Source of the DNA: Podarcis gaigeae
Taxonomy: Eukaryota
Assembly (NCBI GenBank): GCA_964106915.2
Contig: OZ066914.1
Reading direction: 5' to 3' (one strand)
DNA: 64,000 nt
Within the stretch, counting starts at the first letter, position 1. Each line of letters opens with the position of its first letter. Shown here one piece after another: positions 36,808 through 50,174 of the stretch. The position numbers and the translations under genes were made by a program. The notes under the pieces were generated by a model. That model did not search any database and was not told the origin of the DNA. It saw only the letters and a list, made by a program, of their open reading frames with translations.

Positions 36808-37921
36808 GTTTAGTCATCTGGACAGTACAGGAAGGGTGTGCAGTGGAATAAAGAGCTCTCCTCTGAAAAATCAGTAAAAGAAACAGTACATTTCTAAAAT
36901 GCTGGGGCTCCATTATGCTTGGAAGTTACGTTTTCCGTCTGGAGACACTGCCCTCTAAACACGGGAATGTGGTGGTTAGGGTTGCCAACTTCTTTTTGGA
37001 CCTGGGCTCCTCTGGACAGATTTCTAAAGGGCATATGTGCTGCTGCCCAAATGGGCCTGTTTCTTGAAGCTGCCAGCTCTGCCTCTGAGAGTTGTGGCCA
37101 GGTTTCACCTGCCCATGAGGCCAGATGAGGTGACAGTATCCCTGGGGGCAGCAGATCCCAATGTCAATCTTTCTTGCCCACTTGTTCCTCATGTATATCT
37201 TCACTTACTCCATCTTCCCTGACAGGGAGGGAGGAGACACAGGTTAGCCTCAGGCTGGCCCTGGTTGTGGCAGGCCAGGAAAGGGGTTTGGGAGACAAAT
37301 CAAGCCCACAAGGCAGTTTATGTAGGAAAAAGTGCTACCAGAGGTATCCTTGTCTAAGACATTGAGGACTGTAAAAGAACTAGCACCTTGGATTGTGCCT
37401 GGAAACTAACCTATAGTCCAGACCAGTGCAGTTCTTCTAGCACTGCACAAACTCTGCAGTCCATTCCTGACCACTAACCAAGAAGCTGTGATTCTGGACC
37501 AGCTGCTGTTTCCCATTTTCAAGGGCAGAACCAAACAGTCTGGCTGTAAGGTTGACCATGGATTTCATACACCCAACTGTTACAGACTTGCACAGTTACT
37601 TGTGACCCACTGAGTTAAATGTAGCATACCACCTGTTTTTTATGACTACTAACTAGGTGTTTGACAAGTTCTCTGTATTGTATTTCTGCCCCACCTCCCA
37701 GTGAGTTTCATACTCCCCCCCAGTACTTGGATAACACTAATTTATCAGCTAACATATAAGGTCACCTATGAAGGAAGTACACCTTTTTTGTCCTTCTCAG
37801 TGGGTTCTGGCAGGATTTACCGTACACTACCAAATTATATAAAGACAATATACTTGAGGAAAAGGTATTTAATAAAAAAAACTAATTTACTTCAAAACTT
37901 CAAATAATATCTGCATATGGT

Positions 37922-38046
37922 CAGTGCTATTTTTCTAGAAAAAGAGGTGCCAGAACTCACCATGAACACATCCCTTGTTCTCCTAGAATGGCAATGGTGC
38001 CCACCTGAGAGGTGTCAGAACTGAGTTCCAGCTGAAAAAAGCCCTG
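37922..38046. mobile_element. hAT-type MITE
   Basis: CAGTGCTATTTT...AAAAAAGCCCTG ends; exact 8-bp TSD catatggt. Confidence 0.8.
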
Positions 38047-38632
38047 CATATGGTATAAGTGCATAGAATAAAGACCAAAAACACAAAATTGTCATCATTG
38101 TAATTAACAAACACATTTTAAAAACTTTTTTAAAAGCCATAATTGAGCATTTTCCCTCTATAAGGAGTCTTGCTCAAAATGATTTTATGCAATTATGAAA
38201 TCTACATAAATGTGTATGTAAATAAATTGTATCACATCTTTTAGGACACGCTGCCCTTCTCAGGTGATAAACACTTGAAAATAACGGCGACTGCAGTTTA
38301 ATCATTAATATTAACAAAGTAACTGAAAACTATCAACAGCTAAAAACCTTCAGGCATAGCCCATTAATTAATCAAGTGCAGACTGGAATAAAAACATCTT
38401 CAGAGATTTATTTTAAAACATAAATAATGAAGCAATAATATGTGTTTTCATGGAGAGGAAGTTCCAAAGGTGTGGGGCCAAAAGGTCTTATATCTGTTAC
38501 CCAGCAATCTAACAGCTCCTACTGACAGTCTGGAGATCAGGGTAGTCCTTGGATAACCTGATCCCAAACTGTTTAGGGTTTTAAAAGCCAAAGCCAGCAC
38601 ATTGAATTGACTTGGAATCAGTGCAGAATAGG

Positions 38633-39000
38633 CAGGGCTGGTCCACCCATGAGGCAAGGTGAGGCAACTGCCTCAGGCAGCAGGATCCCACAGGGGCAGC
38701 AGATCTGGCTTTCAATACATAGTCTGCTGCTGCCACCGCCATCTCAGTGACAGCAAAAACTGTGCTGCACTCCTGAGGCTGAATCTGTCACCTCCTCAAC
38801 AGCTCCTCCTATGCTGGCTCTAGAATGGCCTCTTGGCGAATAGAAGGGGCTGCTGGTCTCCTTCCCCCATTGTTCCCAATGTAAATCTTTCTCTCCCCCC
38901 TTCCTGGATGTAGAGCTTCACTCACCCCTTCTTTCCTAGCAGAGTCCCCCCACCATTTTGTGGTTTGCCTCGGGTACCTCAATGTCTTGGCCTGGTCCTC
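38633..39000. mobile_element. hAT-type non-autonomous element
   Basis: CAGGGCTGG...CCTGGTCCTC ends; exact 8-bp TSD agaatagg; related pieces near 26817-27070, 28620-28760 and 43515-43640. Confidence 0.75.
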
Positions 39001-39129
39001 AGAATAGGTTCAATATGATCTGAATGCCTAGATTAATTTGATGCATAGCAATAAAAAAGATTGAGTGCAATGTTAAAATTGACTGAAAAATGTACTTGCA
39101 CTATAGCAGTAGACATTATTCTATCCATG

Positions 39130-39480
39130 CCACCACATTTTTATGCTTCACCTTGATCACTGAGGTCTTCTGATGGGGCATAGGAGGCCAACCCCAGTTC
39201 AGCTGGCCTTCACCACAAACTGAGACTATAGTGTGGCAGACCCTGACCTGCAGAACTCCTTGCCAGTAGAAGTTCAGCAGAAGTCATCTCTGCTCGCTTT
39301 TAGACATCTTCTGAAAAACAGGCTTTTTGAACCTGAGATATTTTTTTTTTGCCAATCAGCTGGTATGCCTGGTGTTTTTCTTGTTTTTATTATAGTATTG
39401 TATTTTTAGTTTGTATGCTGCCTTGCAATATTTTATATGAAAGTGTGCTTATACATATTTAAACAAAATAAATAAAAGGT
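39130..39480 (+). mobile_element. L2-like LINE 3' end
   Basis: Similar to the 3' part of the 46170-47875 element, with an aataaataaa tail; an opposite-strand fragment lies at ~38290-38620. Confidence 0.5.
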
Positions 39481-40441
39481 GTATTCTTTTGTCAGTGTAT
39501 TTAAATATTGTGCAAGGAGGCACTGTGTTCAGTGGACGAAATGACTCAGGCCAGTCCTTACCTCTCAGATTAACCTACCTCAGAGGATTAAATTAGAGTG
39601 AGGGATGGGGAAGATCTTGTATGCTGCTTTGAATTCTCTGGAGGAAAAGTGGGATATTATTTAATAAATAATATGCCTGCTCTATTTTCTCGGGTCAAAC
39701 AGGTCTTGTCAGGTTTTGAAGCACTATACTAACCATTAAATAAGCAAATAAGCATTGTGTTTGTCTGGAGATGCTAAGAGGATGTGTGTGTGGGGGGGGG
39801 GGTAGGACTGTGTATCCCATGCATAGACAGTTTATTATGCCACAGGGGGAGTGTGTGTCCCATTGACACTTTAATCTCAGATATATGTGTTGTCTGTCCC
39901 TAAACTGTGGTAAATTAAACCACCCTGGACCAAAGTGCAGGCATCACTCTGCCATCCCAGCTGCACAGTTGTAAAAAATCCTGACGTGACGGAAAGGTTA
40001 ACAGAAAAATTACTGAGGGAATCATAATGATTTTAGAAAGTGTGACCTACAAATGCTGGCATAGTCGGTGTCAATAATGACACACAATCAGTGCTGTGGG
40101 AAAGGGAAATCCAGGCATATGGAAAGAGTGATAGTTCTGGGCCAAAGTTAATCTTTAGTGCTGGAAAGCAACTCCTTTGGCATAATTAAGTGGACTTTTC
40201 ACAAGCCTTTGCAATAATGTACCTCCATTAAGGGTCCATTAAGGAAGTTAAATAAACAAGTGTAAGGTGCAAAGTCTCGTTAGGAATTAAAAGGTCTTTC
40301 TAACTGTAAGCGGTAGCAGAAGGTGATTGTCCCTGCTTCTTGCAGCTTGGAGTGGGAGCAGCGCTAATGGCTTGGAAGACACAGACATGCCCCCCCCCAT
40401 GAGATTTGCTTAATGGCACACATGCGGGAGTTCAGCTAAGA

Positions 40442-40631
40442 CGGGGGGGGGGGGCAAACTTTTTTCAAAGAGGGCCAGATTGGATGAAGTGAACATATGT
40501 GAGGGCCGACCAAAGTAGTTGAGCTTTTATAAGGATTTTATCCCAGGAAAGAAACTGCCACAGGCGCTGGGGCTGGATTAAACTGACCGGCGGGCCAGAT
40601 TAAGCCCCCAAATGGATTTAGGACATGCCTG
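40442..40631. mobile_element. hAT-type MITE
   Basis: Exact 8-bp TSD agctaaga; ends ...GGACATGCCTG. Confidence 0.75.
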
Positions 40632-43600
40632 AGCTAAGACATCCAGATGGTGGAACGTGCAGCGCAACGGAAGACACAAAGCAACGTAGGTGCATCTCCA
40701 GCTTTGAAGAGAGGCTAGTGGTCTTCTGAGGTGCATGTAAGTTTTCCCCAGGTTTAGGTCAATTGGCATGTTACAACTGTAATTCTTACTGTGTACTAGG
40801 AGAGTGATGTGGTTTTGTACAGAAAAGCCCCAAGTGCAACCAAAGTGGGCTGTCTTCTGTCCCTCATTTCCATGACAAAACTGTTAAGTCTAAACATACT
40901 GTTGCTTGGTAAAGTGATGCACGTGAACCATTCTCTGTAGGGCTCTTAAGGCAGAAGGGATTGCACCGCCTGTGTAGTAATCAGGAAAATGCAAACATCC
41001 TGGAATTGTTGGTGTGGAAAAGTAGAGTGGGCATCTTGCTGCATATTTATTTAGTGGAAGATATATGCATTAAGTTCTAAGTTGCAAATATGAAGCAGCC
41101 TAACCCCTTGACTTTTTGTTATCTAGTTTGTGATGCTTGCAGTCTGGGTTATGTTGCGAGCCCACGCGCTAAACCCTGTCCCTGGAGCCTACCCGCCAGG
41201 AATGAGACATGACAACAATGTATGGGCTTAAATTAGGCCACAACTTTATCGAATTTCAGGTGTAGGAACCTTGGCTTAGGCCTTGGAAGGTATCCCTCTC
41301 ATAGGCTGAGGATGTGTGGGGCAGTCAGGTGTTGTGGGAGGGGACTGTAAAGCGTGAACTTACACAGTGTGCCCTCCCACTTCGCCGAAGCTGGGAGTTT
41401 GAGTGTATGCTTCCGCTCCAGCGCCAGCGACTCCTGCAAACAACCCTTTCACGGATCCTGCTGACGCCGCCACATGGGGGTGCATGCAGATGCTACCCCC
41501 ATCTCAAAGATAGACTATAGAATACCGACCAAGGCCCAAAACCGCCAAAGGTGTGACAAATTGCTACGGGGAAGGCAAAACCTGCCAATGCAGGGAAATT
41601 CCTTCCCGGTTCTGAACACAGCAGCCATCTTACAACTATAGCAGCGCCCGCTGACCTAGGAAGCAAGAGGTTAGCCTGCAAAAGAAGACAGTGCTATATT
41701 TTAGGGGGTGGGATGAACCTGGAAAGAAAACAAAGTGAGCCTGGGCCTAAGAGCACCGGCCTTTTTCCGACCCTCACCCTGCCCCCAGCCTGCAGCCCAT
41801 TGACCCGCTGAGATGGGGACGGGGAGATGGCAGCCCTGTAGCCAAGGTGGGGGGCACCCTGGTCTCTGGAACCACTGTGCGATGTCGCAAACCCTGCCCA
41901 CCTCTTGGAGGGGGTGAGCAGTAATTGTGTTCTGTGAGGGCAAAAGAGAATATCTGGAGAATTTTCATGACTGAGTTGCAACAAAGTGGCCTTGATGGTA
42001 GCTGTCACTCCTTTTAAGTAGGTCTGCGTGACAACAAAGAGCAGATCATGGAAAATAAATGGTGAGCTGGATGCACACTCACAGGCACAAAAGATTATTA
42101 ACTGGCCCTTCACTATATAGCGTAGACGTGGTGAACCTTTGGTCTGCCAGGAGTTGCTGAAGTACAACTCCCATTATCCCTGTCCATTGGCCATGCTTGG
42201 GAGTTGTAGCTTAGCAATGTCTAGAGGGCCAAAGGTTACTCACACTTGCCTTAAAGAGTGAAGGGCTGCATTGTTCCCCTCCTCCACACACCCACACTAT
42301 GTAGTCTCCATTACGATAGTTCATAGCAAAGCACTAAAGATTGTGTACACAAATTCAGTGTTTTTTAATTCATTACCTTGATAGATTAACTTAAAACTTT
42401 ATTTGGTCATCATTATGTCTCCTTTGGAAACTCCTCTGTAAGAGGGTTAGGATGCCCATCACACACCATGTTAATACAGTCCTACTTCTTGAAGTCCCAG
42501 TGCTGTGAACAGTCGAGATAGTATGTAGTTTCTGTGGAAAAGGCAGAGTTTGCAGATCTTCATCTCTGAGATAGCTGGACCACTTTGGAATCCAAAATAG
42601 CTGGGATCCAAGGCAGTCTAGGGTGTGGCTGCCTAGCTCCGAAGCTCTGGAACAGTGTTAGAATCTTGGGAAGTCTCCTAAGGTGTTCTTAAAATATATA
42701 TTTTGTAACCTTGTCCTACTTCTTTATTAACTGAAAACACCAAACACAAAAGAGGCAGGAAGTAGGGGAGGGATTCTGTGACTTGCAGTTCTAGCTGCCA
42801 GTCAGGGTATGAATTTTACCAGGTCTCTCCTTTCACTTCCAATTGCACTGCTTTTGGGAGGAACTCATCCACCTAAATCCTAACCAATTTTGTTGCTTTG
42901 TGACTTTAGGGCAAATTGAGCAGTAAAGAATCTAGGACTTTGTAAAGCCTCAAAGACTTGTTTTGTTCATTCCTTCTGTTTTGATTTTACATTATATTTG
43001 AAAATCAATTAAAAATGCAAAAAATATACTGATTTTATTCAAAATTCCCTAACCTCTGTATCTATCCTTCTGCAAATGTTTCAGGGAATGTACCTTAAGG
43101 GCACATTATGTGACATGTTTCTACAAAGTACCCACAAAACCATAGGGCAGGGCATCAAACCTTTTAAAATTATTTCAAACTTGTCATCTAATGGAGGTGA
43201 ATTCATGTAGTACTGACTAGCAGATATACAAGGGCACAGCTATAATTCTTTTGTCTATGGGAAAATATATGTAGCTGTGCCCTTGTGCATCTGCTATGTG
43301 GAGAGCTGAGCCCTCCAACCCATTTGAGCTTGACATCTCATTTTAATTTAAACAATCCCAAGAGAAATAGCAGGAAGCTAAAGGGGCGCATCCAGCAGTA
43401 ATTCATTGGTGACCTCTAAGGCAAATGCTATTAAGATCATAGCCTTGTAAATGAAACTGGGGGAATTTCTGCAAGAGGTTCTCTTCTGCCTGTGGGATCC
43501 TTTGTGGGCCACAGTGTCAGGCCAAGGCATTTTGCTGCCTGAGGCAGAGTGGCAAAACAGCACCCCTCTCCCAAGTCAAGGTGCCTAGTATTCAAGGTTG

Positions 43601-43642
43601 GTTGAGTTATTTTGGCACCTGCAGCAGAAAATCCCTCAAGTA

Positions 43643-43859
43643 CAGTGGTACCTCAGGTTAAGAACTTAATTCGTTCCAGAGGTACGTTCTTAACCTGAAA
43701 CTGTTCTTAACCTGAGGTACCACTTTAGCTAATGGGGCCTCCCACTGTCGCCGCTGCATGATTTCTGTTTTATCCTGAAGCAAAGTTCTTAACTGGAGGA
43801 ACTATTTCTGGGTTAGCGGAGTCTGTAACCTGAAGCATCTGTAACCCGAGGTACCACTG
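43643..43859. mobile_element. Tc1/mariner-pogo-type MITE, copy 2
   Basis: Same TIRs (CAGTGGTACCTC..GTTA), TA TSD and internal sequence as copy 1. Confidence 0.88.
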
Positions 43860-46169
43860 TACTTCTCCCTGCCCCACTCCCTGGCACTAAAAAAATTACC
43901 ATAATAAATTAAGTAACTAATTTGTTGCCCATTTATGATTCTCTGTCAAGTGCTGGGGCTGGCCCAGCCCATCATTACATAACTAGGCTGCTAGCCTAGT
44001 CAAGTGGCTGAGATAAGGAGCAGAGGGATTGCAGACTTCTGGGTCTGGGTAGATAGGAACGGAGAATTTGTCTACTCCACATATTGTAGACCTAAGGGAA
44101 GGGTGTGGAGAAGCAGCAAAGCCAGGGGAAAGTTTTGGCAGTTGTTAGATTTGCGGGGCGTTAGCTCTGTTGAGCATAAGACATTCTGAACCTGCTCAGA
44201 GCACCTCTGCATACATGCCAACTGCCCCTCGTTCTGTTCTAGCCCCTGGTAAGTGCCTATTTTTGTTTTGCTGGGGAAATGCCTTATTTGAACTTTGTCA
44301 GGGGGAGTTCCTAGATATGCCATCCTTTTGAGTTTCAGCTGCCTACTCCAGGTCTGCAGAAATGGGGGAGGAGGGGGGATGCATCTTGCCTCTAGCATAC
44401 ATCCATGTAAATTAGGGTGGTGAATCCTTTTTTTAAAAAAAATCTGTTGAGGGTCCAAATTCAGTGGGGGGAGGCTCTGCAAACCAATGGTGGGTGGGTT
44501 AGTATTCAAATCTGTGTGAAGCTGGAGCTGCCCCTTTTCTTTCTTTCTGCCACTCCTTTCTCTTTCCCTCCTTTCCCCTCATTTTCCTCCTCCTTGCCAC
44601 CTGCATGGTGCTTATGCCAAGAGCCATAAGTTGCCCTCCGCTGATGTCAAAGCATGCATGTGTGCACCAAGGTCTTGTGCTATTTTACATACACACACTG
44701 CAGCTGCTTAAGGTACATTTTTGAACTGTTGATACCATATTGCAGGACATTTTTAACCAAACAATCCAACACCCTGCTGATTTTTGAATCAGAGAGGCTC
44801 TTGTAGAGTTGGTTGTATGTTGCTTTGGGTTGCCCTGGCCAATATAAAGCAACTAAGAAATATAATAATAAATATAAACATAAACAAAAGCAGTAGATCT
44901 GGAGTAGAGCTTTTCAGCAATGTGTAATTTCATCTGTAAAATGTTGCCCCTAGCAACTCTAGAGTTCTACAGTTGTGCCATATAATTGCCAACCAATCAA
45001 GCTCCTGTTCAAATTAAGCCCAGAGTTCAGGGTTTTTCAATTTTCTGAGAAAAAGGTCAGCATTTTGGGGAACAAGATATTGAGCCATAAGCTTTAAGGA
45101 AGGTGTTACATTTGTAAGCTAGAGGTTTTGGCACCCCTTTCACACAGTTTGAGCACCAAATGCTGGGTCACACTTAAGAAGACCTGCACTACAGGAAGGT
45201 CTTCTGGGGTCATTTTATGTGGTGAAATATTCTTCTTTTGCAGAGATAAATTCCAGCATAGATCAAAATGTGCATTTCACCACTTGTGAAGTGCACCACA
45301 TGTATTTAATTTATTTCATGGGTGAGGAAGTTGCTGTGTACCTCAGCTTCCCATGAAGTGTCCTGGTATCTCACAGGAAAAAGCCAATGCTGTGTGAAAT
45401 ATCTGGGTAGAAACTGAGTAAGGGACAGATCTGGGGCAGCAGTTTATGCATGGATGTGACAGTACTGGTGAATATGTGTCAGTATACCCATCACAAGTGC
45501 CATTGTTTGTCTGACTGAGAGGTAACGTTGACTTCTTCCACCAGAGGATCTCCTCTTTCAACATTTGTTTCCTTCCTCTAGGGAAGGAGGGAGGAGACAT
45601 AAGTGGGGAGAGAGACTCTGGGCATTCTCTTAAGTTGCATGTGGTCCCAGTCCAGTGTCTGCTTCCTGTTGTTCATTATTCTGCTGACTGGACCTGCCTT
45701 CATTGGCAAAGCTCTCACTCTCTGGAGGCAGCTGTGTGTCTTTCGGGTCTTGTCTGAGAGTGGCTTGTGGAAAACCATGTCACTTCTGAGACATGAGGCG
45801 CATATGCAGGTCAGCAGCATCTCTTGCCCCTCTTCACTCTCTGGCAGGTGTCCAGCCCATGAGAGCTTAGCCAAGGGTAAGATTTTTGTGGGGAAAATAT
45901 GAGCAAGTTTTGAAAATAGCTGAATGATTCTAAGGGGAACCAGATGCTGTGAGGCATGAAGGAACAGAGATACGTATTTGGGAGATTGAGAATGACTCAG
46001 GAAAGTGAGGGGAGGTGATCAAAGAGTAAAAAGAGTCTTTGCTGGATAGACTTGAGTGGGTAATAAATATAACTGAGGGATGCAGAGAGGTATCGAGGTG
46101 TGTGGTGGCATGGTAGTGGAAGAAATGAGATTAAGCAAGAATCTGGAGGAAGCAATTTAGCAGGAGTGG

Positions 46170-47875
46170 GAGAAAGGCATTGCTTCCCGCCCCCATCCTC
46201 AAAGAGTCTGTAGTGTGTCCACTCTTTAAAAAGCCAACCTTGGACCCAATGGAATGCAACAGCCATTGGCCAGTTGCTAACCCTGCATTTTTTTAGATGG
46301 TGGTGAGGGCAGTGGTGGAGCCGCTGCAGCTACTTCTGGAGGAGACAAATGATCTAGATTCATTTCAGTCTGGTTTCACATCTGAGTTTGGGACTGAACC
46401 AGCCTTTGTTGCCTTGATGGATGACCTTTATCAAGAAAAAGGTAGAGGACTGCAACCCCGCTTCTTTGGCTGCATCTCTCAGCAAGTGATTCTCCTGGCC
46501 TGGTTCTGCAGGCTGGTTACTGGGGGCACTGTTCTACAGTGGTTGTGTTCTTACTTGCAGGGTCATGTCCAGAAAGTAGCACGATGGGGAGACTGCTTCT
46601 CAGCCCCATGGCAGTATACAGTCCTGGAGGGCACTCTGTTCTCCCCAGTGCTGTCCAACATCTATATGAAGCCATTGGGAATGGTGGTTTTGGGGCAAGG
46701 TCTCATCAGTATGCTGGGGATGCCAAGCTCTGTTTCTCCATTACATCTGACTCAGGAGAGGCTGTGAAAGAGTGGTGGACTGAATGAGGCCCAATAAGAT
46801 GAGTCTGAACCTTGTGAAGACAGAGGCCTTGTGGGAGAACAGTTCTCACATCCAGGCAAAAGGCTAGCTTCCTGTCATGGGTGGGGTTGCACCCCCTCTA
46901 AACAAACAGGTCCATACTTTGGGGGTACTCTTTGAGTCAGTATTGTCACTTGGGGCTCAGGTTGCCTCTGTAGCTAGGAGTGCCTTTTATCAACTTTGCC
47001 TGCAGTTATGGTCATGCCTGGATAGGGATAACCTGGTCTCTCTGGTTTATGCACTGGTGGCCTCAATACTTGATTATTGTAACATGCTGTATGTGGGGCT
47101 GCCTTAGTGTCTGGTCTGGAAGCTTCAGCTGGTGCAGAATGCTGCAGTCAACAATAGTTTGGTGGGAGGAACAGACTACAGTGGTACTTCGGGTTACATA
47201 CGCTTCAGGTTACATACGCTTCAGGTTACAGACTCTGCTAACCCATAAATAGTACCTTGGGTTAAGAACTTTGCTTCAGGATGAGAACAGAAATCGTGCA
47301 GTGGCAGCGCAGCCGCAGCAGGAGGCCCCATTAGCTAAAGTGGTGCTTCAGGTTAAGAACAGTTTCAGGTTAAGAACGAACCTTCGGAACAAACCCGAGG
47401 TACCACTGTACTGCCAACACATGGCGCTGGTGTTAAAAAGACCCGCCCTGGCTTTCTGTCTGCAACTGGGTCAAATTAAACAGGGTTCTTGTACTAGTGT
47501 ACAAATAGCGGAATAACTTAGGTCCAAGGTACCTTCATGCCCACCTTACCCTGCATACCCAAGTTGGTCACTGAGGTCATTGTGTGGGGGGAGCACTATT
47601 AGTGGTTCCCTATGGGCCAGAAGCAGGACATGCCAATGCAGAGCCATGCCTTCAGTGTTGTGGTCCCAACTCTATGGCACTCCCTCCCACATCTGGGGCA
47701 CTGCCCCTGCTGAGTTTGGACTCCTGGTCAAAAATCTTTAATTTTTGTTTATTGGAGGTTTAATTATGTTTTTAATGTTGTACATTGTATATTTTACTAT
47801 AGCCACTTTGAGGCCCATGTGGTGAAAAGTGGCACATAGTTTTAACAATAAATGAATGAATGAATAAATAAATAT
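46170..47875 (+). mobile_element. Degenerate L2/CR1-group LINE 3' portion (RT domain to tail), interrupted by a MITE
   Basis: Frameshifted RT motifs QSGF..GTEPAFVALMDDL, LSNIYMKPLG, HQYAGDAKL, LDYCNMLYVGLP, KLQLVQNAA; (TGAA)n/(TAAA)n tail at ~47850-47875. Confidence 0.85.
47179..47408. mobile_element. Tc1/mariner-pogo-type MITE, copy 3 (inverted; nested in the LINE)
   Basis: Same TIRs and TA TSD; internal sequence is the reverse complement of copies 1 and 2. Confidence 0.88.
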
Positions 47876-48524
47876 TGTCCTACTTTGGCTTTTCGAGTCT
47901 AACTACTGAGTGGTGTGAGAAGAAAACAAGACAAATAAAGGGCAGGCATGTGTAAGATGTTTTGATTTGGGTTGATGAACTGACAAGTGAAAGGAAGTGA
48001 TGCTTACTAGCTCTCTACTAGTCTGTTTACTATATGTTTCCAGTAGAATAATTCATCCTTGGGTTTTTACTTAGCTTTTGACAATATCCTCCTGACTTGA
48101 GACACCCTATAGTGAGATCAGTATCCCAAAGGGAGTCTGTTGCTCTGGTACTCTTCCCTCACATCCTACTCAGCATGGTCCCAATGTTTATAGCAGAAGA
48201 AGCCTGAGTCTCTATTTGAGCAGAGAGTACCTGGATCAAACTAGGTCTAGCCCTGTGGAGCTGGGTCCCAGTTCTCTTCTAAGTGATTGAGATGTGATGT
48301 AGTTTATTTACCAGCCATTAAAGCCTAGCTTGGGTAGTTAATTTAGGTGGAACATGTTGATAGGGCTTGGATTGAACGGGTCCCAGAAATGTGGAACATT
48401 ATTTTTAACATTTACCACCACCCACAGCTGAGAGGGAACAGGCTTTTATTAAAAGAATGTGTGATTAATGATTCACAGACAAAGCTGCAGCTATGAAGGT
48501 TATACAATGCAACATGCCCCACAT

Positions 48525-48525
<1 letters not shown>

Positions 48526-48558
<33 letters not shown>
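48526..48558. repeat. (CA)n microsatellite
   Basis: Direct inspection. Confidence 0.95.
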
Positions 48559-48560
<2 letters not shown>

Positions 48561-49513
48561 TCCCTCTCCATAAGCAACCCACCACAATAACCAAAGACCA
48601 AACCTATCTCTCTGCTTATTATACAGCACTGAAGAAATACCATGGTGATGAGCTTGCCAGCAAAAGATAGGAGGATGGTAGAAATATAGATAAGTGAGGG
48701 GATAACTGGTGGCATAGGAACATGTCAAGCAGGAGGATAGGTGATTGACAGAAAGTTGGGTGTCTTAAGTTAAACAGATGGCAGGATGTGAATCTGTGAA
48801 TGTTGGAGGGAGTTTGAGAGGGTGCATTCCTGTTTAGCAATGATCATATGTGCAATCAATTATCACGTGTAACTGCACAAGCTCATCTTTCATGCCTTCT
48901 TACCCTTGTCACACTTTTCCATCTCTCTGTAATCTCTCCTGCTGCCAATAGTCTAAATGTAAACTGTAAGCTTCACAGGGCAGGGGTCTCTCTGGCACTA
49001 TAAAAATGCATTATTGTTATTTTGTTAACAATGACTTGTCTTTGCTTGCTTGAACTGTACAGGGTGCGGATTCAAAACTCAAAAGCGTATTCCATTTCAG
49101 ATACCATTAGAAAAGTGTGGCTGTGTTGTCCAATGTTGAATTCATTGTTTTGTATTAAGGACCTGTGTGTGTAGGAGAAAGTGTGACGCTTGGATGTACA
49201 TCGTTGCAGACAGTGATTGTATACATGTTTATTTTGCTTCATGTATAAGTACTGTGAAGCTGTGTGTGGACAGGCAGTGAAATGTGTCTGGCAATAGTCA
49301 CATGTGATGTCAACACATAGATTTCATGCTTTTTCCAACATGCAGGTTCTTACAGTGTAAGGGTAATGCATGAAGTGGCTTTTAGGGTGTGTGCCTGCTG
49401 CTGTTCTATCATGAAATTTAGCAAGGATATAATGCAATGTTTATAATTGGAACCATGGTGTGCAGGGAGACTTGAAGCTTACCCCCCACACTGTGATCCT
49501 GATCTGATCAGAG

Positions 49514-49690
49514 CAGTGCCAGATTTAGGGTGCTGCAGGTGGTTTTCTCTACATGGGGTGCCAAGCCAGGGTGTGTGTGCAAACATTATGGGTACAGTCA
49601 CCAAAAGAAATTATTGTGAAAATAAGGCATATTTGGGTGGGGTAGGATCTTGTCCTTGCCCAGGGTGCCATATTACCAATGTCTGCCCTT
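49514..49690. mobile_element. hAT-type MITE
   Basis: Exact 8-bp TSD gatcagag with degenerate TIRs. Confidence 0.7.
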
Positions 49691-49915
49691 GATCAGAGGC
49701 CCTTGGTGCTAACTTCTTCCCACTGTAAATATGCAAGGAGGAAGATTGTGATTACGGTGAGGCAAAGGATCAAACCCCTACCCCCTTGATACCTTGGTGC
49801 CAATTTCACTCAGCCCCCATGTGCTGGCCATTTTTCTTTAAAAAAAATATTTTCATGGCAGGGCCTATCTTGTTTGACTCTGAAAAACAACGGGGTTGCC
49901 TAAGGCAAAGAAGTA

Positions 49916-50174
49916 CCATATTTTTCGCTCTATAAGACACACCAGACCACAAGACGCACCTAGTTTTTGGAGGAGGAAAACAAGAAGAAAAATATTCTGA
50001 ATCTCAGAAGCCAGAACAGCAAGAGGGATCACTGCGCAGCGAAAGCAGCAATCCCTCTTGCTGTTCTGGCTTCTGGGATAGCTGTGCAGCCTGCATTCTC
50101 TCCATAAGACGCACACACATTTCCCCTTACTTTTTAGGAGGGAAAAAGTGAGTCTTATAGAGCAAAAAATACGG
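49916..50174. mobile_element. Second Tc1/mariner-type MITE family
   Basis: TIRs CCATATTTTTCGCTCTATAAGAC / GTCTTATAGAGCAAAAAATACGG with TA TSD. Confidence 0.85.

Noticed and set aside
46297-47107. Reverse-transcriptase-like ORFs as an active or domesticated gene
   Set aside because: Multiple frameshifts and a degenerate catalytic motif (YAGD); a dead LINE.
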